DNA from: an uncultured bacterium
GTDB taxonomy: Bacteria > Chloroflexota > Dehalococcoidia > Lucifugimonadales > UBA3495
Length of the DNA stretch: 64,000 bases
Assembly (NCBI GenBank): GCA_963997925.1
Contig: CAXEOX010000002.1
Coordinates: 8,586 to 72,585 of the forward strand
Direction: 5' to 3'
Shown piece after piece: positions 53,530 through 61,981 of this stretch. Position 1 is the first letter of the stretch. Every line of letters begins with the position of its first letter. The position numbers were made by a program, and so were the translations under genes. The notes below the pieces were generated by a model. It was not told the DNA's origin and searched no databases. It was given only the letters and a program-made list of their open reading frames with translations.

Positions 53530-54747
53530 ATGGCTGAGCAACTTCCCTTTGAGGGCCTCAAGGTCGCCGACTTCTCTTGGGTGGCGGTAGGGCCTATAAC
53601 GTCCAAATACCTGGGGGACCACGGCGCCACGGTGGTACGGGTGGAAACCGAGGGCCGTCCCGACATATTACGGGTTGCGGGTCCGTTCAAGGATGGTGTG
53701 CCGGGGCCGAATCGCTCGCATTTTTACGGAGACTTCAACTCGTCCAAGGTCGGGCTTTCTCTCGACCTTAAAAATCCTGCGGGCTTGGACATCGCTTGCC
53801 GCCTAATCGAGTGGGCCGACGTATATTTCGAGAGTTTTACACCCGGGACGATGGATGCGCTGGGCATGGGCTACGAAAAGGCCCGCTCATTAAACCCATC
53901 GATTCTGATGGTTTCTACCTGTCTGATGGGCCAGACCGGAGCCGCCAGATCCTTGGCGGGGTACGGCTTCCACGCCGGGGCCATCGCCGGGTACTACGAT
54001 ATAACCGGATGGCCTGACCTGCCTCCCGACGGTCCCTGGACGGCCTATACCGACGTTGTGTCACCTCGTTTCATCTCCGCTTTAGTCATGGCTGCCCTGG
54101 ACCACCGCCGCCGGACGGGACAGGGCCAGCACATAGATGCCGCACAGATGGAGATGGGGGTGCAGTTTTTAGCGCCGCAAATCATCGACTACAACGCCTC
54201 GGGCAAAATTGTGTCGCGTAACGGCAATCGGTCGGATGTAGCCGCTCCTCAAGGGGCCTATCCCTGCGCCGGGGACGACCAGTGGTGCGCGATAGCGGTG
54301 GACACTGAACAACAGTGGGAAGATTTGCGCCTGACCATGGGAGACCCGGCATGGGCGGGCGACGATCGTTTCAAATCCGTTGAAGACCGGTTGTCCAATC
54401 ATGACGAGATCGACGGTCATATTGGGCAGTGGACCATGGACAAGACGGCCCAAGAGGTGATGGAGTTACTCCAGTCCCATGGTGTGCCCTCCGGGGTCGT
54501 TCAGCGTAGCAGCGACCTGCTCCAAGACCCCCAACTAGCCCACTGCAACCTGTATCGCTACATGGACCATCCGGAGATGGGCAACATCCCCTACACAGGT
54601 CACCAGTTCCGTATCCAGGGCTATGACAGCGGCCCACGCTCTCCAGCCCCGCTACTGGGTCAGCATAATGAGTACGTGTTGAAAGATCTGTTGGGGATGA
54701 CTGACGAGGACATGATTGAAGCGGTGATTGCCGGGGCTATTGCGTAA
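53530..54747 (+). CDS. CaiB/BaiF family CoA-transferase (tandem paralogue)
   Basis: FEGLKVADFSWVAVGPITSKYLGDHGATVVRVE. Lies 9 nt after the preceding paralogue and is preceded by GGAGGAG. Confidence 0.9.
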   Translation: MAEQLPFEGLKVADFSWVAVGPITSKYLGDHGATVVRVETEGRPDILRVAGPFKDGVPGPNRSHFYGDFNSSKVGLSLDLKNPAGLDIACRLIEWADVYFESFTPGTMDALGMGYEKARSLNPSILMVSTCLMGQTGAARSLAGYGFHAGAIAGYYDITGWPDLPPDGPWTAYTDVVSPRFISALVMAALDHRRRTGQGQHIDAAQMEMGVQFLAPQIIDYNASGKIVSRNGNRSDVAAPQGAYPCAGDDQWCAIAVDTEQQWEDLRLTMGDPAWAGDDRFKSVEDRLSNHDEIDGHIGQWTMDKTAQEVMELLQSHGVPSGVVQRSSDLLQDPQLAHCNLYRYMDHPEMGNIPYTGHQFRIQGYDSGPRSPAPLLGQHNEYVLKDLLGMTDEDMIEAVIAGAIA

Positions 54748-54769
54748 GAGCTTTATAGCTCGGGGGCAC

Positions 54770-54934
54770 CCCCCATCCTAACCTTCCCCCACAAGGGGAG
54801 AAGGGACCTTTTCGCCGACCCTCTACGGCTCTAATTATGTAGGTAGATCTTTGGATAGAGCAAACGACTGCTGAACATAGGAAAGTCCGGTGAAAGTCTC
54901 CTCCCCCTTGTGGGGGAGGATTAAGGTTGGGGGG
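54770..54934. repeat. Family-1 inverted pair with an 85-bp spacer (MITE-like, 165 bp)
   Basis: Left end CCCCCATCCTAACCTTCCCCCACAAGGGGAGAAGGGACC. Right end GTCTCCTCCCCCTTGTGGGGGAGGATTAAGGTTGGGGGG. Each end contains its own hairpin, and the ends are imperfect inverted repeats of each other. Confidence 0.8.
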
Positions 54935-54970
54935 TAATAGCCCCAACCCCAATCCCGATTGGCACCGGAA

Positions 54971-55492
54971 CTACACCACCTTAGCTCCCAATATCTTCTC
55001 CAGATGCTCCAATGCCCAGGTGTGGGCGCCGGGGTCGAAGGTTGCCACGCAGTCGGTGGGCACTTCTACTTGGTAGTCCCGGTTGCGGGCGTCGGCGGTG
55101 GTGTGGAGTACGCAGATGTCGGTGCAGACGCCGCAGATGATTAGCTTGTCGGGCTTCGATCCGTCAAGTCTTTGGGCCAGGTCTGTGTTGAAAAAGCCGC
55201 TGTAGCGGTTCTTGGGCACTACGTTGGTGGCAGTGATGAAGGGTTCTAGTTCAGGGATGACGTTGGGTTCCTCGGTGCCTTTGACGCAGTGGACGGGGAA
55301 GACCTGGAACTCGAGGTCGTCGGGGTCGTGATGGTCTGAGATGAACAGAATCTCGGAACCGGCGGCTTGCTCCCGCTCCAGTAGACGCTGCACGTTGGGG
55401 ATTATTTCCCTGGCCCCGTCCCCGCAGTACAGGTTGTGACCTGGCTCCAAGAACCCTTTAACCATGTCGACTACCAATACTACGTTGGGCAT
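54971..55492 (-). CDS. Isochorismatase-family cysteine hydrolase (nicotinamidase-like)
   Basis: VVLVVDMVKGF, FISDHH, LIICGVCTDICVLHTTADA. Confidence 0.88.
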   Translation of the reverse strand: MPNVVLVVDMVKGFLEPGHNLYCGDGAREIIPNVQRLLEREQAAGSEILFISDHHDPDDLEFQVFPVHCVKGTEEPNVIPELEPFITATNVVPKNRYSGFFNTDLAQRLDGSKPDKLIICGVCTDICVLHTTADARNRDYQVEVPTDCVATFDPGAHTWALEHLEKILGAKVV

Positions 55493-55505
55493 ATCGGTCC
55501 TCCTC

Positions 55506-55979
55506 TCAGGGCCGCACCGGTGCCGGAGGTACCCCTCGTTTATATTCGTTTATTACCTCCGCTTCCAGACCAAAACACACTCTGCCCGCGCTGTGCTCCC
55601 ACACCCTCTCTGAGAATGAGGACGGGAACTCTCGGTCAAGAGTGGCGGAATCGGTGTTGAAAACGGCGCAGATCTCGTAACCTTTCTCGCTCAGTACCCG
55701 GTACTCGTAGGGCTCGCCGGTTTCTGGGTCATTCGCCGATCGGATAAAGGACCGGCGGCCCTGCATGTCGGTAAGCTGTTCGGGCAACCGTCCATTCTGT
55801 TCCCAGTAGGCGTCCACACCGAAGGATATGCTGGTCAAGTGGGACACTCTTCTTTCGTCAAACTTCAGCGTACGCTGACCACCTGGTGACCTAATCAGAT
55901 AGATTCCATAGCTGACCGACGACACCACCACCAGGATGGCTAGCGCCAGGAAAATCTTGAGCGGGGCTGGCGAATTCAT
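55506..55979 (-). CDS. Hypothetical membrane-anchored protein (157 aa)
   Basis: One N-terminal TM helix (LKIFLALAILVVVSSVSYGIYLI) plus a soluble domain. The ATGA overlap with the upstream gene suggests translational coupling. Confidence 0.6.
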   Translation of the reverse strand: MNSPAPLKIFLALAILVVVSSVSYGIYLIRSPGGQRTLKFDERRVSHLTSISFGVDAYWEQNGRLPEQLTDMQGRRSFIRSANDPETGEPYEYRVLSEKGYEICAVFNTDSATLDREFPSSFSERVWEHSAGRVCFGLEAEVINEYKRGVPPAPVRP

Positions 55980-56623
55980 TGCTGGTCAACCTTCTCAGAT
56001 TGCCGCAGGTCCCACAGGTAGTATCCGAATATGGAACCGATAATCAGCAGAATAGTCAGGACTTTAAGGATGAAAGGTATCGTTAAGTCCCCACCCAGGA
56101 GCTTCGCTAACATGGTTATCAAGTCTCCGGTAATGATACTGGAGGCAATGACCAGTGTGAGGTAGGTGAGCCACTTGCGCAGCCTGGACTGGCGGCGTTC
56201 CGGATAGACTGCCGAATCCTTGGTTAGCCGCCACATCAGGAAGAGGTAAACCGGGAAAGTGATGATTATCGATGCCAGGGCCATTCTCATAGACCCGGAG
56301 ATATACTGGCCCTGAAAAGCTCCTCTGTATGAAAGAGGATCGGGGAACGCTCTGTCGATGAATCCGAAGATGAGGGTAATCAGACTGAAGGCGGTGACGT
56401 AGAGCGCTATGAAGGAGACCAGGTATAGGAACGCTTCCCTGGCTTGCAGGTAAGGCTTGGGTCTGGGTACCGGCACCGGGAAGGTGATGTCTGCATAGGC
56501 GGATAGCGCGTTGGTCAACTCGTCTTCACGCCAGCCGGCTTGCAGCAAAACGTCTCGGATAGCGCTGCGTTCCAACCCTTGCGATAGAGAGTCTTTTACG
56601 AAACTATCTAGTTCATCACTCAC
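55976..56623 (-). CDS. DUF5671-like membrane protein (215 aa)
   Basis: The soluble N-terminus LSQGLERSAIRDVLLQAGWREDELTNAL is followed by about 5 TM helices. The family call is from memory. Confidence 0.65.
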   Translation of the reverse strand: MSDELDSFVKDSLSQGLERSAIRDVLLQAGWREDELTNALSAYADITFPVPVPRPKPYLQAREAFLYLVSFIALYVTAFSLITLIFGFIDRAFPDPLSYRGAFQGQYISGSMRMALASIIITFPVYLFLMWRLTKDSAVYPERRQSRLRKWLTYLTLVIASSIITGDLITMLAKLLGGDLTIPFILKVLTILLIIGSIFGYYLWDLRQSEKVDQQ

Positions 56624-56643
56624 GTAAGTTCAACGATTCCCTT

Positions 56644-57540
56644 TTAGACCGAGGCCGCAGACCCAGGTTCGGCATAGCGGGCGTCTTGGGCCAGCATGTG
56701 GGACAGGCCCACCGTTTCAAAACACTGATTAAGGCTTGCCATCTTATCCATCATGGATGCTGTAGTTCCCGTATTCTTCAACTCTTTCATCAGTTCGGTG
56801 ACGGCCTGGCAGACCACCATGAAAGCGCTTCCCGGAAAGATGACAATCTTGAAGCCCAGCCCCTCCAGTTCGTCGGCGGGAATCAATGGCGACTTTCCCG
56901 ACTCCACGAAGTTGTACAGCAGGGGTACGTCAAAATTCTTGGTGACCCGCCGCGCTTCTTCAGGGGTCCGAAGGGCCTCTACGAACAGAACGTCCGCCCC
57001 TGCCTCAACATAGGCTTCGCAGCGGCGCATGGTGTCGTCCCAACCGGAGACGGCTAACGCGTCGGTGCGGACGATAATCACGAAATCCGGGTCGGTTCGG
57101 GCGTCCACCGCAGCCCGTACTTTTCGGACCATGTCCTCAGTGGAAACGATTCGCTTGTCGTCCAGGTGTCCACACCGCTTGGGCATGTCCTGGTCCTCGA
57201 TGTGGATGGCCGCAACGCCCGCTTTCTCGTATTGCCGCACCGTTCGCTGGACGTTCAGTACGCCGCCGTATCCGGTGTCGGCGTCGGCAATCACCGGCAC
57301 CTCCACCGCTTCGACGATACCAGCTGCGTTGCCGACCATTTCAGTCATGGTGGCCAATCCCAGGTCGGGATATCCCAAGGCGGCGATGGATGTGCCTGCG
57401 CCGGTCATGTAGACGGCTGGAAATCCTGCTTGCTGGATGATTCTGGCGGTGAGGCAGTCATAAGCGCCTGGAGCGACTATTATGCCGGGATCTTGCAGCA
57501 ACTTGCGCAAACGGCTGGCCGGTTTCTCGTTAGTGGTCAT
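56644..57540 (-). CDS. Isocitrate lyase / PEP mutase superfamily enzyme (2-methylisocitrate lyase or oxaloacetate decarboxylase-like)
   Basis: VAPGAYDCLTARIIQQAGFPAVYMTGAG, IADADTGYGG, AAIHIEDQDMPKRCGHL. Confidence 0.88.
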   Translation of the reverse strand: MTTNEKPASRLRKLLQDPGIIVAPGAYDCLTARIIQQAGFPAVYMTGAGTSIAALGYPDLGLATMTEMVGNAAGIVEAVEVPVIADADTGYGGVLNVQRTVRQYEKAGVAAIHIEDQDMPKRCGHLDDKRIVSTEDMVRKVRAAVDARTDPDFVIIVRTDALAVSGWDDTMRRCEAYVEAGADVLFVEALRTPEEARRVTKNFDVPLLYNFVESGKSPLIPADELEGLGFKIVIFPGSAFMVVCQAVTELMKELKNTGTTASMMDKMASLNQCFETVGLSHMLAQDARYAEPGSAASV

Positions 57541-57573
57541 TGTGGCCTCCCGGAAGATTCGCGGGCGGACAGA

Positions 57574-58326
57574 CTAGGCGATCAGGCCGCCGTCGATGGT
57601 TAGCACTTCGCCGGTTATATACGAAGCGCCCTTACTACAGAGGAAGACAACCGCCTCCGATACATCCTCGGCGGCCCCGAATCGGCCCATGGGTATACGG
57701 CTGAGAATCTGGCTCTTGGTCTCTTCCGGTAGCTGTTCCACCATGCCGGTGGTTATGTAGCCGGGAGCCAAGGCGTTGACGGTTACGTTTCGAGAAGCTA
57801 CTTCACGGGCGACCGATTTGGTGAAACCGATGAGTCCGGCTTTAGCGGCGGCGTAGTTGGCTTGTCCCGGGTTGCCGCTGATGCCGACCACCGACGATAT
57901 ATTGACTATGCGGCCGCTGCGCTGCTTTATCAGGTGGGGCATAACGAACCGGGTGCAAAGAAAAGCTCCCCGAAGGTCGACCTGGATCACTTCGTCCCAA
58001 TCTTCTGACTTCATCCTGAGGAGCAGGCGGTCCCGGTTGATGCCAGCGTTGTTGACCAGAATGTCGATGCGTTCCCACTGGTCCACTACCTGCTGCACGG
58101 CCGACTTGGCGACATCCTCTTGGGCTACGTCGCCTGCAACCAGAATGGCTTCTCCACCGGCTTTGGTAATGGTGGATACGACCTTTTCCGCCGACTCGCG
58201 GCTCGACAGATAGTTGACCCCAACTTTGACACCGGCCTCAGCCAATCGGCAGGCAATCACCGCCCCGATGCCGCGAGATGCGCCGGTGACCAGAGCAACG
58301 GACCCGCTTAAGTCGATTCCGGACAT
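57574..58326 (-). CDS. fabG: 3-oxoacyl-[ACP] reductase
   Basis: ALVTGASRGIG, NNAGI, SSVVG..GNPGQANYAAAKAG. Lies directly downstream of plsX. Confidence 0.88.
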   Translation of the reverse strand: MSGIDLSGSVALVTGASRGIGAVIACRLAEAGVKVGVNYLSSRESAEKVVSTITKAGGEAILVAGDVAQEDVAKSAVQQVVDQWERIDILVNNAGINRDRLLLRMKSEDWDEVIQVDLRGAFLCTRFVMPHLIKQRSGRIVNISSVVGISGNPGQANYAAAKAGLIGFTKSVAREVASRNVTVNALAPGYITTGMVEQLPEETKSQILSRIPMGRFGAAEDVSEAVVFLCSKGASYITGEVLTIDGGLIA

Positions 58327-58329
58327 CTC

Positions 58330-59364
58330 CTAGCTCTTCAGCGCCCCGGCGCTGGAAAGGCGAGCCAACTCTTGCCGCATGCTGTCAACCATTCCTATCC
58401 CTGCGCATCGTACGCCGGTGTCGATCGCACCCGCGATACCGCTGGCCCTACAGGAGCCGTGGCCAATCATGACCATTCCGTTGACGCCGAACAGGGGTCC
58501 ACCCATGGTCCGTGGCATGTTGGTTGTTTGCCAGAGGTCATCGGAGACTTTGCCGAGTTCGTCGACAGGCAGATGTCCCGCCAATCGCTGTTCCACGTAG
58601 CGGGAGAGGGCGGTGCCCAATCCCTCGGTGAATTTCATTATTATGTTGCCCACGAATCCGTCACAAACTATGACGTCGACCCGGTCGGTGAAAAAGTCCA
58701 TCCCCTCCACGTTGCCGATGAAGTTGAGGTGACTTTCTTCCAGGAGTTGGTAGCTCTCGTGGACCTGACGGTTTCCCTTGGCGGCCTCGGAACCGACGCT
58801 GAGCAGTCCTACCCTGGGGTTTTCGATCCCCAGGTATTCGTGGGAGAAGACCGACCCCAGGGCGCCGAAGCTCACCATCAGGGACGGACGGCAATCGATG
58901 TTGCTGCCCATGTCCACTAGCACCGTTCGGGGCGCTACTCCTAGGAAGGGGCCGCCGATGCAAGGGCGTTCCAACCCCTCCATCAAACCAAGAATGAAAA
59001 CCGAGCTGGCCATCGACGCGCCGGTGGATCCCATGGATACCAGAAGGTCGGCATCGCCGGTTTTCATCAGCTTGGTTGCAACCAATATGGAAGATTTGGG
59101 TTTCCGGCGTAGGCCTTCGATGGGGTGTTCGTCATCCCCAATCTTTCCTTCCGAGGCGACGACCTGTACGGATTTACCCTTGATGTCATAGTGGGCCAAC
59201 TCGGCTTCCACAACCTCTCGGTCGCCCACCAGAAGTAACTCTATATTGTGGGCTTCCATGGCCTGGAGAGCCCCTTTAACCGTTTCCGGAGGCCCAAAGT
59301 CTCCACCCATGGTGTCGACTGCCACCCTGACCGGTGCCCCTCCCCTTCCCGGATCTTTGAACAT
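58330..59364 (-). CDS. plsX: Phosphate acyltransferase PlsX
   Basis: VAVDTMGGDFGP, LVSMGSTGA, VCDGFVGN. Confidence 0.92.
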   Translation of the reverse strand: MFKDPGRGGAPVRVAVDTMGGDFGPPETVKGALQAMEAHNIELLLVGDREVVEAELAHYDIKGKSVQVVASEGKIGDDEHPIEGLRRKPKSSILVATKLMKTGDADLLVSMGSTGASMASSVFILGLMEGLERPCIGGPFLGVAPRTVLVDMGSNIDCRPSLMVSFGALGSVFSHEYLGIENPRVGLLSVGSEAAKGNRQVHESYQLLEESHLNFIGNVEGMDFFTDRVDVIVCDGFVGNIIMKFTEGLGTALSRYVEQRLAGHLPVDELGKVSDDLWQTTNMPRTMGGPLFGVNGMVMIGHGSCRASGIAGAIDTGVRCAGIGMVDSMRQELARLSSAGALKS

Positions 59365-59444
59365 ATTTCCCCTTCTAAGCCGTGTGGCTTCGGATATGTC
59401 CCTTAGAGATTCTTGATCGAATCATCGCAGGGGTGATTGAGTGC

Positions 59445-60371
59445 CTATCTGCAGGCAAGAATCGTTCTCGCCGTTGCGCTCCCGATAATAAGTTCTTGGC
59501 CGCTGGCCGGGTTCCAAACACCAACGGAGTACTCCGCCGATGGACTCTCTGTTCCAGACCCCTTATCGGCCACCCGTCCCCATGCGGTGACTTGGTCTCC
59601 CAGGTAGGCGGCGCCCTTGAACCTGGCTTTGATCGAGCCGCTTTCCAGCCAGAATCTTCCCAGTTCGGCGGTCATCATCTCTCCGATGAAAGCTAGAGTC
59701 AGCATTCCGTGAGCGATGATGCCTCCAAAAGGAGTGTCTGCCGCGAAGCCGGCGTCCAGATGCAAAGGATTGTCATCACCGGACGCTAGGGCATAGGCGT
59801 TCAAGCGGTCCTGGGAAATCGTCCTTGATACCGCCGGGAAAGACCCGGATGAACTCTCTCCGGCCTCGGTCTCGCTCCTCTTTGTTGAGGGAAGTTGGGG
59901 CGATTTCGTCTCCCCAACCGAGTCGACCACCAAGACTGTGGTCTTACCGCCCTGTACCTGTTGTCCCGAACTGTCAGTCAGTACCAATCCGACCGACAGA
60001 AACTTCATGTTGCCGCGTTGACGGGGTTTAGCAACCTGGGCGGTGGCGTGAATCTTTTCGCCGAAGCTGACCCCTCGGAATGTTTCCACATCCTGAAGAC
60101 TGTGGATGGCTCCCGGTGGCAAGGCTAGTTGCTTTAGGAGAGCTCCCAGGGACCAGGCTGACAATGCCAGTGGAGGGGCTAAGGCCAGGTCGAAGTAGGC
60201 CGGTTGTTCGTCTCCCACCGCATCCAGGTATTGGCGGACCGTTTCATCGGTGACTGCCAATACCCCCAGATCCAGTTCGGCTTCGGCTGAAACCACCAAT
60301 CCGCCCTCCCCTTGGAATCCCGCCGAGTCCCCCCAATGAACTTCTAGTGGTCGATTATACGCAGGGTACAC
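59445..60371 (-). CDS. Double hotdog-fold MaoC-like (R)-specific hydratase/dehydratase
   Basis: The N-terminal half resembles a MaoC N-terminal hotdog (TDETVRQYLDAVGDEQPAYF). The C-terminal half has YALASGDDNPLHLD...FGGIIAHGML. The start codon is uncertain. Confidence 0.75.
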   Translation of the reverse strand: MYPAYNRPLEVHWGDSAGFQGEGGLVVSAEAELDLGVLAVTDETVRQYLDAVGDEQPAYFDLALAPPLALSAWSLGALLKQLALPPGAIHSLQDVETFRGVSFGEKIHATAQVAKPRQRGNMKFLSVGLVLTDSSGQQVQGGKTTVLVVDSVGETKSPQLPSTKRSETEAGESSSGSFPAVSRTISQDRLNAYALASGDDNPLHLDAGFAADTPFGGIIAHGMLTLAFIGEMMTAELGRFWLESGSIKARFKGAAYLGDQVTAWGRVADKGSGTESPSAEYSVGVWNPASGQELIIGSATARTILACR

Positions 60372-60485
60372 CGTAGCAGCAACACTAACACTTTAACGCT
60401 ACGACTTCTTTCGCGGCCCTGCCGGTTTGGAGTCTGACCCAAGATTCGCAACAGTGTGCAGGACCCGCGAATCAGGCACCCGGTT

Positions 60486-61706
60486 CTACTCTCCGAAGGC
60501 TTCCGCAGCCAACTCCACGATGTGCGCCCCGATGGCCAGGGACGACGTCGCGCCGGGTGATGGGGCGTTCAAAACGTGTACCGCCTCCCGGCCCCTTATG
60601 ATGCTGAAATCGTCCAGCAATGCGCCGTTGCGAGCAACTGCCTGGGCCCGCACGCCCGCGCCGCCGGGCGCTAGGTCGCTGGCCTGGATCTCTGGAACTA
60701 AGCCCTGTAGGTCTTTGACAAAAACACTCTTGCTGTAGGAACGGTGAATCTCGCCGATAGCCGTTTTCCAGTGTTTCGCGGCCATTTTCCAGAAACCGGG
60801 ATAGGTGAAGGTCTGAAAAGACTCCCCGATGCTCACGTCAGACTTGCGATACCCCTCACGTTTCAGAGCCAACACGGCGTTGGGCCCGGCTTCCACGTAG
60901 CCATGTATGTTGCGGGTGAAGTGGACGCCCAAGAAGGGGAATCGAGGGTCTGGAACCGGGTATATCAAGCCGTTGACTAGGTGGTGGCTTTCGGGGCGCA
61001 GAGTGTAGTACTCGCCCCGGAAGGGAACGATCTGGATATCCACATCCTCGCCCATCATCTCGGCCACCCGGTCGGCGTACAGTCCGGCGCAGTTAATTAT
61101 GTGCTTGGTGTGGACCGCTCCGCCGGGCGTTTCCAGCACTAACTCGTCTTGAGTGCGGATTATCCGGCTCACCGGGGCGTTGGTGAAAACGTCACCTCCG
61201 GCCTGCTGGAACTTCTCGGCGTAGGCGGCGGAGACCTTGCGATAGTCGACGATGCCGGTGGTGGGTGCCCACAGTGCCTGGACACCAGTGACGTGGGGCT
61301 CCAACTCTTTCAGCCGTTCCGGGCCGATTATCTCCAGGCCATCCACTCCGTTAGCGATGCCCCGCTCGTGGAGGGTTTGCAGGCGTCCTATTTCGGCATC
61401 GTTGGTAGCCACAATCACTTTGCCGCATTGATTGTACTCAATCTCATTCTCGTCGCAGAATTGGCGCAATGATTTGGCGCCGCCCACGCAAAAACGGGCT
61501 TTGTGGGAGTCTGGGCGGTAATAGATACCCGAGTGAATCACTCCACTATTGTGGCCGGTCTGGTGGTTAGCAATCTCCGAGTCTTTCTCCACCACGGCAA
61601 CCCGCCAATCGGGGTACTTGTCCAGTTTGATTTGCATGGCGGTGGAGAGGCCGATTATGCCTCCACCAATGACCACTACATCGTATGCCTTTGATTCCAT
61701 CGTCAA
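60486..61706 (-). CDS. lhgO: L-2-hydroxyglutarate oxidase (FAD-dependent)
   Basis: YDVVVIGGGIIGLSTAM...EKD.EIANHQTGHNSGVIHSGIYY.P.S.KA; 406 aa. Confidence 0.88.
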   Translation of the reverse strand: MTMESKAYDVVVIGGGIIGLSTAMQIKLDKYPDWRVAVVEKDSEIANHQTGHNSGVIHSGIYYRPDSHKARFCVGGAKSLRQFCDENEIEYNQCGKVIVATNDAEIGRLQTLHERGIANGVDGLEIIGPERLKELEPHVTGVQALWAPTTGIVDYRKVSAAYAEKFQQAGGDVFTNAPVSRIIRTQDELVLETPGGAVHTKHIINCAGLYADRVAEMMGEDVDIQIVPFRGEYYTLRPESHHLVNGLIYPVPDPRFPFLGVHFTRNIHGYVEAGPNAVLALKREGYRKSDVSIGESFQTFTYPGFWKMAAKHWKTAIGEIHRSYSKSVFVKDLQGLVPEIQASDLAPGGAGVRAQAVARNGALLDDFSIIRGREAVHVLNAPSPGATSSLAIGAHIVELAAEAFGE

Positions 61707-61837
61707 CCTTTCTTACGCGGCCGTGGTGCTGTGAAACACGGTTGCCGTAGCTACGGTTAGAAACTGCGGGTAATAGTAGCACCGGGTTGCGGGAGTGTAA
61801 ATGCGGCCTGGTTGCATCGGCGGGGAGATACCTGTTC

Positions 61838-61920
61838 ATCATCCCGGAGTAGGCCGGAATCCATGAAGCTTCTGCACCATTGGCGCGCCTGGATACCAGC
61901 TTTCGTTGCCTTGACGATGC
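61838..61920. repeat. Intergenic repeat, family 6 (second copy)
   Basis: ATCATCCCGGAGTAGGCCGGAATCCAT ... CTGGATACCAGCTTTCGTTGCCTTGACGATG, collinear with 49928-50040. Confidence 0.7.
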
Positions 61921-61981
61921 TGGCTGTTTATACGTTTGAGTTGGCGCCAACGTTCGTAGGTTCATCCAACTAGAACCAGGA

